The notes under the pieces: generated by a model | Seen by the model: the letters and a program-made list of their open reading frames with translations, nothing else | Told to the model about the DNA's origin: nothing | Databases searched by the model: none | From: Isurus oxyrinchus | Lineage: Eukaryota | Direction: 5' to 3' | Assembly: GCA_026770705.1 (NCBI GenBank) | Contig: JANJGN010000021.1 | Span: 100,316,001 to 100,380,000, forward strand | DNA length: 64,000 nt | Made by a program: the position numbers and the translations under genes | Shown: in pieces, positions 11,394 through 22,693 of the stretch | How positions within the stretch are numbered: the first letter of the stretch is position 1 | Layout of the letters: every line of letters begins with the position of its first letter

Positions 11394-12180
11394 GACATAA
11401 GAACATAAGAACTAGAAGCAGGAGGAGGCAATTCAGCCCCTCGAGCCTGCCCCACCATTCAATACAGTCATAGCTGATCTCATTTCGGCCTCAACTCCAA
11501 TTTCCTGCCCTCTCCCCATAACCTTTCAACCCATTACTAATTAAAAATCTGTGTATTTCCTCCTTAAATTTATTCAGCGTCCCAGCATCCACTGCACTCT
11601 GAGGTAGTGAATTCCACAGATTCATGACCCATTGAGAAAAGTAATTCTTTCTCATCTCTGCTTTAAATCTACCACCCCTTAGCTTAAAACTATGGCCTTT
11701 CATTCTAGAATGCCCCACAAACGGAAACATCTACTCCGTATCTATTTTGTTTATCCCCTTTAGCATCTTCAAACCTCAATTAGATCTCCTCTCATCCTTC
11801 TAAACTCTAGCAAGTATAGGCCTAAACTGCTCAAAGCCTCCTCAAAAGGCAAGCCCCACATCTCTGGAATCAATCTAGTGAACCTCCTCTGAACCACCTC
11901 CAATGCAACTACGTCCTTCCTCAGCTAAGGGAACCAAAACTGTGCACAGTACCCCAGGTGCCATCTCACCAATGCCTTGTACAGTTGCAACAACACTTCC
12001 CTATTTTTACACTTTATTCCTTCAGCAATAAATGCCAAAATTTTATTTGCCTTCCTTATTACCTGCTGTACCTGCATACTAGCTTTCAGTGATTCATGCA
12101 CGAGGACACCCAGATCCCTCTGCACTGAAGCATTCTGAAGTTTCTCTCCATTTAAATAATAAGTCACCTTTTTATTCTTG
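11394..12180 (-). mobile_element. 5'-truncated CR1 LINE inserted in the Penelope element
   Basis: QRDLGVLVHESLK...LLQLYKALVRWHLGYCAQFW; 3' terminal (ACATAAGA)n microsatellite at the left end. Confidence 0.9.
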
Positions 12181-12526
12181 AAACAGCTAGCTTCACCTGT
12201 TGCTGAAGTTTTTGAGCTGCCTTGCCCTTCCAGTGTGATCTGAGGTAGACTGGGCACTTTTCAGGGCCAGAAGTGATGGCCTTTGGCTGGTCCATGAGTT
12301 TGCGTGACATACAGTGGATATGATCCAATCAGGGTGCCATTATCCTGTAGGGTGTCTTTGATGTGCCCTATTTCAGCATCACTTACATGGTGAGCAAATG
12401 GCTCGGGCCCTATTTATGAGGTTGTCAATAAGACGAATCTTAGAGTGTGTGGAACAGTAAGAATCCCAATGCGCATGTTGACCATTGATGGTAGGCTTGC
12501 AATAGACTGTGATAGAGAAAAATGGG
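12181..12526 (-). mobile_element. Penelope-like element, RT C-terminal part (continuation of 10660-11393)
   Basis: FSITVYCKPT...WDSYCSTHSKIRLIDNLINRARAICS resembles the post-RT region of PLEs. Confidence 0.8.
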
Positions 12527-12676
12527 AAGTTTATTGGAACAATGATCACAGTTACAGTAGTAAAACGTACTAGTTTCACAGATTTAGTGAGGAGAAACAG
12601 TTCCCCACAGGCAGCATCCATCGGTTACTGTGCAGCTCACAAGGGTCACTATGCCGAAAAGATAGAGGCTGGAGCG

Positions 12677-15603
12677 TCATCAATGTGGCTGGACGATCCA
12701 ACAGGGCCAACAGCAGATAAGGTGCAGCATACTTACACCTGGTCGCAGCTAGATGGTTCCATCCGTTCCGGGATAGACTTCCTGTTTGTGTCCCGGGCGT
12801 TCGCAGTCAGTACAACCTACGTACAACCTGTTTTTCTCTGACCACTGCCTCCTACTGGCCAACTGTCACTTACAGGAAGAGCAGAGGGTTGATAGAGGGA
12901 CATGGAAGCTGAACATGCAACTGCTTACCCTAGAAAACATTGAGGAGCTCAAGGGAGATTACAAAGGTTAGAGAACAGTGAAACCCCTCTTTGAGTCCCT
13001 GGCACACTGGTGGGAAGTGATCAAGGAGAAAATCAATAAGTTTTTCATCCTCAAAGGTGTCCAGAAAGCTGGAAAGGAACAGAGGGAAATGTCCTGACTC
13101 CAGAAAAACATGCAGAACCAGCTCCAGCTACAGTCAATGGGGGCCAACATCAAGGAGGAACTCCAAGAGGTGAAGAGCCAGCAAGCCTCACTCTTCACTT
13201 TGGAGGCCTCCAAGTTGATCTTCCAGTCCAGAGTCCGCTCCGTGGAGCAGGATGAGATGTGCTCACGTTTCTTCTTCCAAAAGGTATACAGAGAGAGCTC
13301 TGTGATCAGCAGTCTAAAGGAAGAAGATGGCTCAGTAAAGTCACTGCAGCCTGACATTCTGAGAATCAGCAAATCCTTTTATGCCGTATTGTATGATGTG
13401 AAGCTCACAGACAGTGCGGCCTCCCTGTCTTCCCTGTCCTCTATCACGGAGGTCTTAGTTGACAGCACACGGGAGAGTCTGGACAAACTGCTAACTCCTG
13501 ATGAACTGACTAAGGCCCTTGAGTGCTTCAAGAAGAGTAAAACTCCCAGAAGCGACGGCTTATTGATGGAGTTGTATTTGGCTCCGTGGGGCTGGATTGG
13601 CCCAGACCTGTTAGAAGTGTATGAGAGTATGCTTCTGGCCGGAAGCATATCAGAATTCATGTGGAAAGGCATCATCACCCTCATCTATAAGCAGAAGGAG
13701 GAAAAGGGGGAAATTAGAAACTGGCGACCCATCTCAATGTTGGATGTGGACTATAAGATTCTGCCCAAGGTCATCACCAATTGGGTCAGGCCTGCTCTGG
13801 AGTTGGTGATCCATCCTGACCAGACCTGCAATGTGCCCAGCAGGAAGATCTCTGACAGTCTTGCACTCTCAGGGATACAATTGCCTATGTGCAGTACGGG
13901 TGTGGACACCTGGCTCATCAGCCTAGACCAGGAGAAGGCCTGTAACAGAATATCGCACACCTACATGGTGGATATGCTGTCCAAAATGGGGTTTGGGGAC
14001 GGAAGGAATCTGCAACTGGATCCAATTGCTCTACACTAACATCAGTAGCACAGTCTCAATCAATGGGTAGGAATTGGAAAGCTTTCCAATTAAATCTGGA
14101 GTCAGGCAGGGCTGCCCTCTCTCCCCTGTCCTGCTTGTTTGCTGCATAGAACCCTTTTCTGAGTCCATCAGGAAGGATCTGGGCATAAGAGGAGTGATGA
14201 TCCCAGGCAGTGGAGGCATTCAGGACAAAACCTCCCTGTACATGGATGATGTTGCCATCTTCTGCTTGGATCTGCTGTCGGTGCGCAGACTGATCCACAT
14301 CGATGACCAGTTTGAACTGGCCTCGGGAGCCAAAGTAAATTGTGGGAAGAGTGAGGCCATGTTCTTTGGAACTGGGCTGACCAATCCTTTGTCCCCTTCA
14401 GGGCTGAAGGCCTGAAGGTGCTGGGGATATGGTTCAGAGGGATCAGAGCATGCATTAGAATCAGGAAGGAGCAAGTGGCTATATATGAAAAGGAAAACTG
14501 GGCATGTGGCAGTGATGCTCCCTCTCCATTGTAGGTAAGAACCTGGTCATCAGGCATGAGGCACTCTTGCTGTTGCTGTAAGTGGTGCAGGTCTGGCCCA
14601 TTCCACACTCCTGCATGATGACGATCACCCGAGCCTTCTTTCACTTTATCTGGGGGTCGAAAATGGATTGTGTCTGCAGGGACGCAATGTAAAAGCCTCT
14701 AGGTACGTGGGGAAAAAACATACCCAACATCGCCCTCATACTGATGGCCACATTTGTGTGTGCGTGCATCAAGCTGTGCATAGACCTTCAGTATGCAACA
14801 CAAAGTGCCATTACATGCTGAGGTTCTACCTGTCCCTGTTGTTGCGAAGGATGGGTCTGGCCACACTGCCGTGGAACACTCCAAGTAGTTGGACCATGCC
14901 GTACCACCTGTCCCTCGTGGAAACATTTTTGCAGAGAAACACTTTTGACCAAGTCCATCAGGCAGTGGTCTGCATGAAACATCTTAGTGGCGCTGCAGGA
15001 AAAGGAGATGGTGGATCCTGTCAGATGGTTCCCCGAGCAGACTGTCTAAGTTATTTGGCAGAATATCTCGTCGTCAGAACCTTCCAACAAGCACCAAGAT
15101 GTAGCTTGGCTGGTGGTGAGAAAGGCCCTCCCCGTCAGATCCTTCCAACACGCCAGGAGTCTCACCCCCTCTACATGTTGCCCTCGAGGTGGCTGTGGTG
15201 GGGACGAGACCATTGTTCACCTCCTTGTGGAATCTGTCTTTGCAAAGAAGGCCAGAGAGAGATGCAATGGTTTTTGTCGAGGTTCATCTCGAGCAGTTCT
15301 GTGACACAGGACTCTGTGCTCTACGGGCTGTTCCCAGGGACACACACCGAGACAAACATCAACTGCAGCTGGAGGATCATCAGCTCGGTGAAAGACGCTT
15401 TTTGGTCTGCCTGAAACTTGTTGGTTTTCCAGCGCAAAGAGTTGTCCCCAACCAAGTGTTGCAGACTGGCACATTCCAAGGTCCAGGACTACGTGCTGAG
15501 GGACACACTAAAGCTTGGGGCAGCCGCCACAAAGGCGCAATGGGGAAAAGTCGCTGTCTAAGACCTTCCTAAGACAGTGCACCGAGGGGCTGGGAACTGT
15601 AAG
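12677..15603 (+). mobile_element. Tx1-clade non-LTR retrotransposon ORF2, frameshifted and 5'-truncated
   Basis: APE end (YTW...IDFLFVS...FSDHC), RT motifs (NWRPISMLDVDYKI, LDQEKA, SGVRQGCPLSP, YMDD), C-terminal CPRGGCGGDETIVHLL zinc knuckle. Confidence 0.9.
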
Positions 15604-16060
15604 GCTGGATTGTTTTAGGAGGAAAGGTTGGACAAACTGGGCTTGTTTCCACTGGAGTTTAGAAGAGTGAGGGGTAATTTTATTGGAATATCTAAGGTCC
15701 TGAACGGCCTTGACAAGGTGGACGTTGAAAGGATGTTTACTCTTGTGGGTGAGTCAGAACTAGGGGGCACTGTTTTAAAATTAGGGTTCGCCCTTTTAGG
15801 ACAGAGAGGAGGAGAATTTCTTTTCCCTCAGAAGGTTGCGCAAATTTGGAATTTTCTGCCTCAGAAGGCGGTGACGGCAGGGCCATTGAATATTTTTAAG
15901 GTTAGATTCTTGTTAAGCAAGTGAGCCAAAGATTACCGGTGGTCGAAGAGAATGTGAAATTCTAAACACAAGCAGATCAGCCATGATCTTAATTGGTGGC
16001 CGGGCAAGATCGGGAGGCCGAATGACCTACTCCTGCTCGTATTTCACACGTTCGTATGTT
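15604..16060 (+). mobile_element. CR1 3' fragment
   Basis: LDKLGLFPLEFRRVRG...WNFLP followed by a typical CR1 3' UTR. Confidence 0.85.
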
Positions 16061-17094
16061 CATGGAATATAAGCATCTCTGGCGAGGCAAGCATTTAATT
16101 CTCCAACCTAATTGCCCTTGAGAGGCCGCCTCCCTGAGCTGCTTCTGCCTAGGAAGCTGTCTGAGAGTTGAAGAATTTTGATCCAGCGATAGTGAAGGAA
16201 TGCAGATATATTTGCAAGTCAGGATAATATGTGATTTGGAGGGGAAGTTAAAGGAGGCCGCGAGTTTGGAACATGCTGCCCAAGATTAGATCCGCGATTG
16301 TACAGCGCCTGACACACTTTCTGACCCGTCCAAATTCAAGATTTTCCTAATTTCTTGCTCCCATGTCAAAATATTGGAGCTCAAACGTTTGATTTCTACT
16401 CGCTTTAGCATGTCTTCAATTCAGGTTACAGTTCTGCGCGCATGATTTACAAACTGCTTCTTCACTCCGCTTCAGTCAGTTCGATTTTCAGTACTGATCA
16501 ACATGAGGTAGAAACCGTGTGCTATTTTGCACATTAAACACCTGAGTTTCATTCACCTGCCTTTGCACTAACACTGAAGTTTGGACATTATTTCGAATTT
16601 GCCAGGGAGGCGGGGCATAGCGCCGTCGCTGAGTATTTTTGACAGGCTGCATTCAGGGCGCTACAAATAATTTGCGAAGAATTCAAATTATCAGACGGAG
16701 AAAACGCATTCGTATTTGCGGTAGAAGCTAGCATTTCGCAATCGCTTTATCCGAGCTGCCAAAAATAGCCGCCCAAGTTTGCTGTTCGTTGCATCACTTT
16801 CGAATAGCACAAATTCTGCATGGGATGTGGGGGGTCCCAAGTCCGCCTAGAACAAGACCGCTGGAACCACCGGAAAATGGGGTGGACTGGAGTTATTTCG
16901 TTGCGGGCGTCAGCCAGGACACAGCAAGATAATTATCCCAAGGAGCCAGCTAACTTAATGTCAATGCGAGCAGTTCCAAAATGTTTCCAAATCACGACAG
17001 GATTAGACTCACATATCAACCGAGTCGCTGCTAAAATAGCTGTGGGGCCGTTTTATTCAAAGGGCGCTCACACGGCGCAGCAGAAGGATGCTCA

Positions 17095-17180
17095 CACTTC
17101 CCCCTCCTCTCCACCCCCACAACCCCCCCCACCCCCCCCCCCCGCACCCCCCCCCGCACCCCCCCCCGCACCCCCCCCAA
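17095..17180. repeat. C-rich tract (G-quadruplex potential on the - strand) about 240 bp upstream of the gene B ATG
   Basis: Repeated runs of 8 or more C separated by A or GCA. Confidence 0.85.
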
Positions 17181-17422
17181 CAGCCTGAACAAAACATGAA
17201 GCGTCTCAGCTTCTGTGACAAACTCGGTGTGAAACAGTTCTCAGGATGTGACGTGCATTGCAAAGCTTCTTTTCAAATATTTCAGAAACCCGCCGGTACA
17301 GAGGCCCAAGAGAGGAAACCTGGCCATTTGTGAAGCATGTTTTCCGGCCGTTACATTTAGGCTTACGAAAGGTTTCTCAACCACCAACCTCTCGACCTCC
17401 TTCGTTCGCGAAAACGGGGCTG

Positions 17423-17465
17423 ATGGATTCCAGACGCATACTGTGGGCGCTGGCCCTGTTCTCTG
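17423..17465 (+). CDS. NCR3: NKp30-like receptor gene B, leader exon
   Basis: MDSRRILWALALFS then G|gtaagt; signal peptide, phase 1. Confidence 0.85.
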
Positions 17466-17589
17466 GTAAGTGCAGGCAGTCCAAAGGTGCCAGTCAGAGA
17501 ACGTAGCATCTTAAACAGTGCCTCGCAAATGCATCAGTGCACAAGGCAGTGCTGCTTCGGAAGCCAGGGCGGTAAAATCGCGCAGATTT

Positions 17590-17995
17590 TTGTTTTTTTA
17601 TTCATTCACCGGCTTTTCTGGTTGAGCCAAAATGTATTGCCCATTCCTAGTGGCCCTTCAGAAGGTGGTGGTGAGCTGCCTTCTTGAAGGGCTGCACTCC
17701 ATGTGGTGTAGGTACACCCACAGTGCTGTTAGGAAGGGAGTTCCAGGATTTTGACCCAGCCACAGTGAAGGACAGGCAATATATTTCCAAGTCAGGATGG
17801 TGGGTGATTTGGAGGGGAACTACCAGGTGGTGGTGTTTCCATTTATCAGATGCCCTTGTCCTTCTAGATGGTAGTTGCCGTGGGTTTGGGAGGTCCTGCC
17901 GAAGGACCCTCGGTGAATTCCTACAGTGCATCTTGTAGATGATGCACACTTCTACTTCTGTGCATCAGTGGTGGAGGGAGTGAATGTTTGTGGAT
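17590..17995 (-). mobile_element. CR1/L2-group LINE 3' end
   Basis: Reverse complement of the family at 48700-49030 (FKKAAHHHLLKG C-terminus). Confidence 0.8.
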
Positions 17996-18998
17996 TTGGG
18001 AATAAAGTGAATTGATAGTTTTGTCGGAGTTAATTGGGAATGGATGTTGGCTAGGACACCGGAGGCGCCTCCGGTCCTCATAAAATGGAACTAGTGAGAC
18101 CGACTTGAAGCCACTGAGCACACAGAGGTCCATACACGCTCTCGTAGACAGAACCGTATCTCCGCCGCTCACCATTCCTTCAGCGCCGCACTGAGATATG
18201 CGCCTAAATTATATTAAATGATGCTGGAGGGAGGCTCCAATCCATAACCTTGACACAGAGGCGAGGATAGAAAAAACTGAGGTTATAAATATATGATAGC
18301 CGTGAAACTGGCTGACTTTGTTATATCCTCTAAATGCGGCGCCGGGAAATATTCAATCATGCTTGCTGGGTTCAGTTAGTCAACCAGAATGGTGCAAATT
18401 TGAGCCTGGGCGTGAAACATCGCCCGAGGAGAACGTAGAAATGAATCTGGAGTGAAGGGCCTCAGGGTAACAACGATTTTATCCGATGGAAGAAAGTTCG
18501 AGAAGGCCCGGGGGAATCCGCCCCTAGAATTTCCTTTCTGTGTCCGTCCACAGGACGTGTTCGGCCCAGGCGGTGAACTAGAATATCGGCCACAATAGGA
18601 GGAATCGCCAAGGCTCCCCACCCCGCCCCCCCCCCCCCCCCCCCACCCCCAGGGACTCCTGTGGGCCTGTGCGCTGCGATTTTCAGCCGAATAAAGCGAG
18701 TTGATAGAAACGGAAATTGCAACGGAAATTTACCTGTAAGCTCTCCGCTCGCTGCCTCTCCGGCCTTAAGCGGGGACTCGGGTCTGGGAAGAATGCACCC
18801 AAACGAGGTCGAGTTTTCTCTGTTTGGAATCTCTCTTCCTGGCTTTGGGGATTAGCGCAATCTCCCTGAGGTCTTCACTAACGGTTTCCAGGACGTGTTT
18901 ACTTGTGCCTTTTATTCCCCCAATGTTCATTTTTCATCAGATGAAACAAGGTGTGGGGATGTTGTGCTTCAGAAATTCTCCATTTCGTGTATTGACAG

Positions 18999-19337
18999 GA
19001 ATTGCTGCAGAAAACATCAGAGTTACCCAGACCCCGCTCTTCATTAATGCCACCGAGGGGCAGTCGGTGCTGCTGAACTGCACGTACGAAGGGCCCTCGG
19101 GAGTCGGTTTCTTCAAGTGGCACAAAAATACCAAAAACGGGCTTGAAGTCACCGAGCAAGCTGCGGAATTCAGAGGGCGAGTGTCTCGGGCAAGCGCTGA
19201 GGATTTTAAAGAAAAGAGGGACGCCTCCATTAATATAACAAACTTGAGGCATTACGATTCAGGGACATATTACTGCGAAGTGGAACTTATGAGATTTAAC
19301 ATAACATATGGAGCAGGAACAACACTTAACGTAGCGC
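18999..19337 (+). CDS. NCR3: NKp30-like gene B, VJ-type Ig domain exon
   Basis: attgacag|GA...GCGC|gtgagt, phase 1/1; IAAENIRVTQTPLFINATEGQSVLLNCTYEGPSGVGFFKWHKNTKNGLEVTEQAAEFRGRV...DSGTYYCEVELMRFNITYGAGTTLNV; gapless with gene A, 54/113 identities by hand count. Confidence 0.85.
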
Positions 19338-19774
19338 GTGAGTTAACTGTTCATTACAACCACGGCGTCGGCCACTCGCTAAGGGCGTTCTAAGTACAGA
19401 GGGTCTTACATGTAAAGAAAATGCATCAATATAGTGAAAATCAGGATAACATTTTTTTCTCTGTGTCAGGGTACACGTACACCTCAGCCCACTATAAGCA
19501 TGTTCCCGATCTCTGCTTAACAATTACTTCCACGCAATTTATTATTTTGTTTATTCTTTCACGAGATGCGTGCTTCGCTGTCTGGGCCAGCGTTTGTTGC
19601 CCATTCCTAACTGCGCTTGAGAAGGTGATGGTGAGCCGCCTTCTTGAATCACTGCAGGTAAACCGGTGTAGGTAAACCCATAGTGCTATGGGGGTGGTGG
19701 TGGGGGGTGGGGTGGGGAGACTTCCCGGATTTTGACCCAGGGAAAGTGAAGGGGCGGCGGTTTTGTTACGGTAC

Positions 19775-20000
19775 TAAAACAGAAAATGGTAGAAAAACTC
19801 AAGGTCTAACAGCATCTGTGGGGAGGAAAAAAAAAGAGTTAACGTTTCAAGTCTGACTTCTTCAGAGCTCTGAACAAGAGTCATACGGACTCGAAACGTT
19901 AACTCTGTTTTTCTCTCCACAGATGCTGTTAGGCCTGCTGAGTTTTTCCAGCATTTTCTGTTTTTATTTCAGATTTCCAGCATCCGCAGTATTTTGCTTT
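19775..20000. mobile_element. Palindromic Penelope-related short element with back-to-back hammerhead-like motifs
   Basis: Inverted arms around central CAGAGCTCTG; each arm reads CTGAA(G/C)A-stem-GAAACGTT-AACTCT. Confidence 0.75.
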
Positions 20001-20567
20001 CAGTTATAGTTATGGCAGTTTGCGCACTAGTAACAGATAGAGTGGATCAACTGCATGACAAGACAGAGGTAGAACTGAAGAAGGGAATACATTTCTCACA
20101 GAACATGCAAAGAACCAGCACCTTTAACTTATTTACCGCTCCGTCATAAACTTCACCGCTCTGCCATTCTCCACCTCCTTCCATTTAACACACCCATGCC
20201 TACACAGATCCACAGGCTGTGGCACAAACACAGCTAACTCCTCCGCCATAGAATTCTGAAAATAGGCAATCTATCAAGAGTTTATAATTGTTAAATGTTT
20301 TGAGACGATGACATGAATAATTAGTTGCTCCTGACCACTTAAAACAAAAAATAAGCAGCTAAGATCACAATCCTGATTAATAGGTGATATTATTTTAAAA
20401 TAACTAGCACGACTAAACCTGCAGTTCACTTGGTCCATTAGAAATGGATATCATTATATGGAATTGAGGTGCTTGGACTTAGGCACAGTGACTATCCGTC
20501 ATCTATGGAGGTAGGGACAGAGCAAGTGCTGTATTTGGGTAAGAGCCTCTTGTCTTCTTCTGTCTAG

Positions 20568-20696
20568 GCAAGCTCCTGGTAGAACAGACTGCAGAAAAAC
20601 CCAATGAGTCAACGACATGTGATGCAATCACGAACACCAGTGCCAGAGCATTGGGCGCTTTCATTCTGTTTTTCACTTGTTACCACCTGATGAAAG
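20568..20696 (+). CDS. NCR3: NKp30-like gene B, stalk plus Arg-containing transmembrane exon
   Basis: tcttcttctgtctag|GC...AAAG|gtaact, 129 nt (same length as gene A), phase 1/1; RKLLVEQTAEKPNESTTCDAITNTSARALGAFILFFTCYHLMK. Confidence 0.75.
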
Positions 20697-20799
20697 GTAA
20701 CTATTATACAACGTCCTGATAGATTCGTAAATTAGGCACATTCATGCAAATTGGAACTAATGTAGCGACACGTGTTTGTTTTTTAACCTTTTCATGGCC

Positions 20800-21495
20800 A
20801 GTACTTGATGGCCATCACTAATGGGCCTCAAGGAGGTGGCCGAGTGCCACCTTCAAACCCCACTGCAGCACATCTGATGTAGGTTCACCTGCAGTTTTGT
20901 TAGTTACAGGATTTTAGCCCCAGTGACACTGAAGGAACGGCCATATAGTTTGAAGTCAGAAAGGTGTGTGAATTGGAGTGGGAATCTCAGGGAGCGCTCT
21001 TCCCATGCTTTCACTGCCCTTGTCCTTCTCCAACGGTAGTGGCTCTGGGTTTGGAAGATGCTTCAAAATAACCCTTGGTGATTTGTTGTAGTGCACCTAA
21101 AGTGGACAGGCTTTGGGCAGCCAATGGCTGAGTTACTCGCTGCAGATTTCCCAGCCTCTGACCTGCTCTTGTAGCCACAGTATTTATATGGCAGCTCCAG
21201 TTCAGTTTCTGGTTACTGGTAACCCCCAGGATGTTGATAGTGGGGGATTCGGCGATGGTAATGCCCTTGAATGCTTAGGGGAGAAGGTGAAATTCTCTTT
21301 TGTAGGAGATGGTCATTGCTTGACACTAGTGCAGGGTGACTTATCAGTCCAAGCCCAGACGCTGTTTAGTTCTTGCTGCATAGGGACACGGTATCTGAGG
21401 AGACGTGCATGGTACTGAACACTGCAATCATCGGTGAACATCCCCATTTTTGACCTTATGATAGAGGGAATGTCATTGATGAAGGAACTGAAAAA
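20800..21495 (-). mobile_element. CR1/L2-group LINE fragment
   Basis: Reverse complement similar to 41676-42610. Confidence 0.75.
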
Positions 21496-21567
21496 TGATT
21501 ATTCTCTCTAAAGCTTACCATGTGGCCATATACAAACCCTTACTTGACTCTGTCATTTTTTTTATAG

Positions 21568-21589
21568 TTCGTGGCCTCCAATGTTCAAG
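21568..21589 (+). CDS. NCR3: NKp30-like gene B, 22-nt cytoplasmic micro-exon 1
   Basis: ttttttatag|TT...AG|gttggt; VRGLQCS; phase 1/2, same size and phase as gene A 3571-3592. Confidence 0.65.
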
Positions 21590-21674
21590 GTTGGTAAATC
21601 TAAGAAAAAACTTTTTATTTTCAATATTATTTTTTATACTGTTCTGTAAAGTACATTTTCTGGTTGTGTTTCAG

Positions 21675-21712
21675 AAGAAACGACTGGATTTCCGACGATA
21701 CCTCTTTAGCAC
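21675..21712 (+). CDS. NCR3: NKp30-like gene B, 38-nt cytoplasmic exon
   Basis: gtttcag|A...C|gtaagc; RRNDWISDDTSLA; phase 2/1. Confidence 0.65.
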
Positions 21713-22527
21713 GTAAGCTCAAACTGAATTGTTTTAATACGATGAACACGTTTGTGTGATGTGTTGTGAAGTCATCCAGGTGACATGAGTGAATTAATGT
21801 TTTCAAGGGTGAGTGCACTATTGACCTTCCTGCATAATTAATGGAGGAACAAACTTGCTTTGAACCCAGGCAATTCCATAACCAATAATGCGATGTGACA
21901 CTTAAATATAATTAGCAGAAATGTAAGGCTATTGTTGTTTACATTAGTAGCCTGAAATAAGCCGGTTAACATTAAACATTTATTTATTTAATACCAGACA
22001 TTTGCAGATGAGGTTGAGTTGGTTGGTTATATAAACAGAACTGGTAACTTTCGGTTAACACTGTTGGATTGCTGTAAAATCCAACCAAGAAAAGATTATA
22101 ATGTGTATAGCAAAATTGTAAGCCCTTCTCCAACACCTTCATTTCAACAGCACTCCAGCCTGTAGACTCAGTCAATATCGAAGTGCAGGTTATATTTTTT
22201 AATTTAATTGGTGTGTATTTAGTTCTTCAATTCCGTGATATTGTTTTCCCTTTCACTTTTGATTCCAAATCAATATTGCACCTTACAATATCTTGCATTT
22301 TAGTAGCGAATATTAGTGATATTTATCTAAATCGTTGACTGCGAAGATAATCATTTAGACATTATTTTAAAATAGCACACTTTAATAGGAAAGTACATAA
22401 ATATTCTTGTTGATTATCACTGTTGAAAGGACATAAGAGGCGCATTTAATGTTAATCTCATCTCATGGTATCAAATGTATTAGCTTTGTTTGAATCAAAG
22501 GATTATTTTCGATTTTTATATTCGCAG

Positions 22528-22549
22528 AGCCAGACCCACAAGTACAAAG
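22528..22549 (+). CDS. NCR3: NKp30-like gene B, 22-nt cytoplasmic micro-exon 2
   Basis: ttcgcag|AG...AG|gttagt; QPDPQVQ; phase 1/2. Confidence 0.65.
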
Positions 22550-22644
22550 GTTAGTTTGTGGCTAGGGCACTAACAAGTCCTATTTTTAAATTTTAAATTA
22601 TGGTTTAATTTTAATTCATAGCGATGTGGTTTGTTTTTTTCCAG

Positions 22645-22693
22645 AAGTTTAGTGGGTAACAATTTTTCTGCCTCTGATGAAATTAATCCACTG
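22645..22693 (+). CDS. NCR3: NKp30-like gene B, 49-nt cytoplasmic exon
   Basis: ttttttccag|A...CTG|gtgagt; RSLVGNNFSASDEINPL; phase 2/0. Confidence 0.65.

Noticed and set aside
13110-15414. Host genes from the 309-aa and 248-aa ORFs
   Set aside because: Frameshifted pieces of the Tx1 ORF2 and its alternative frames
16820-17333. Poly-Pro/poly-Gly ORFs (also at 23248, 24177-24626, 40845-41097)
   Set aside because: Translations of G/C homopolymer tracts
1658-19337. Rearranging Ig/TCR/NAR V segments
   Set aside because: The J motif is in the same exon, there are no RSS or C domains, and each V exon splices straight to a TM exon
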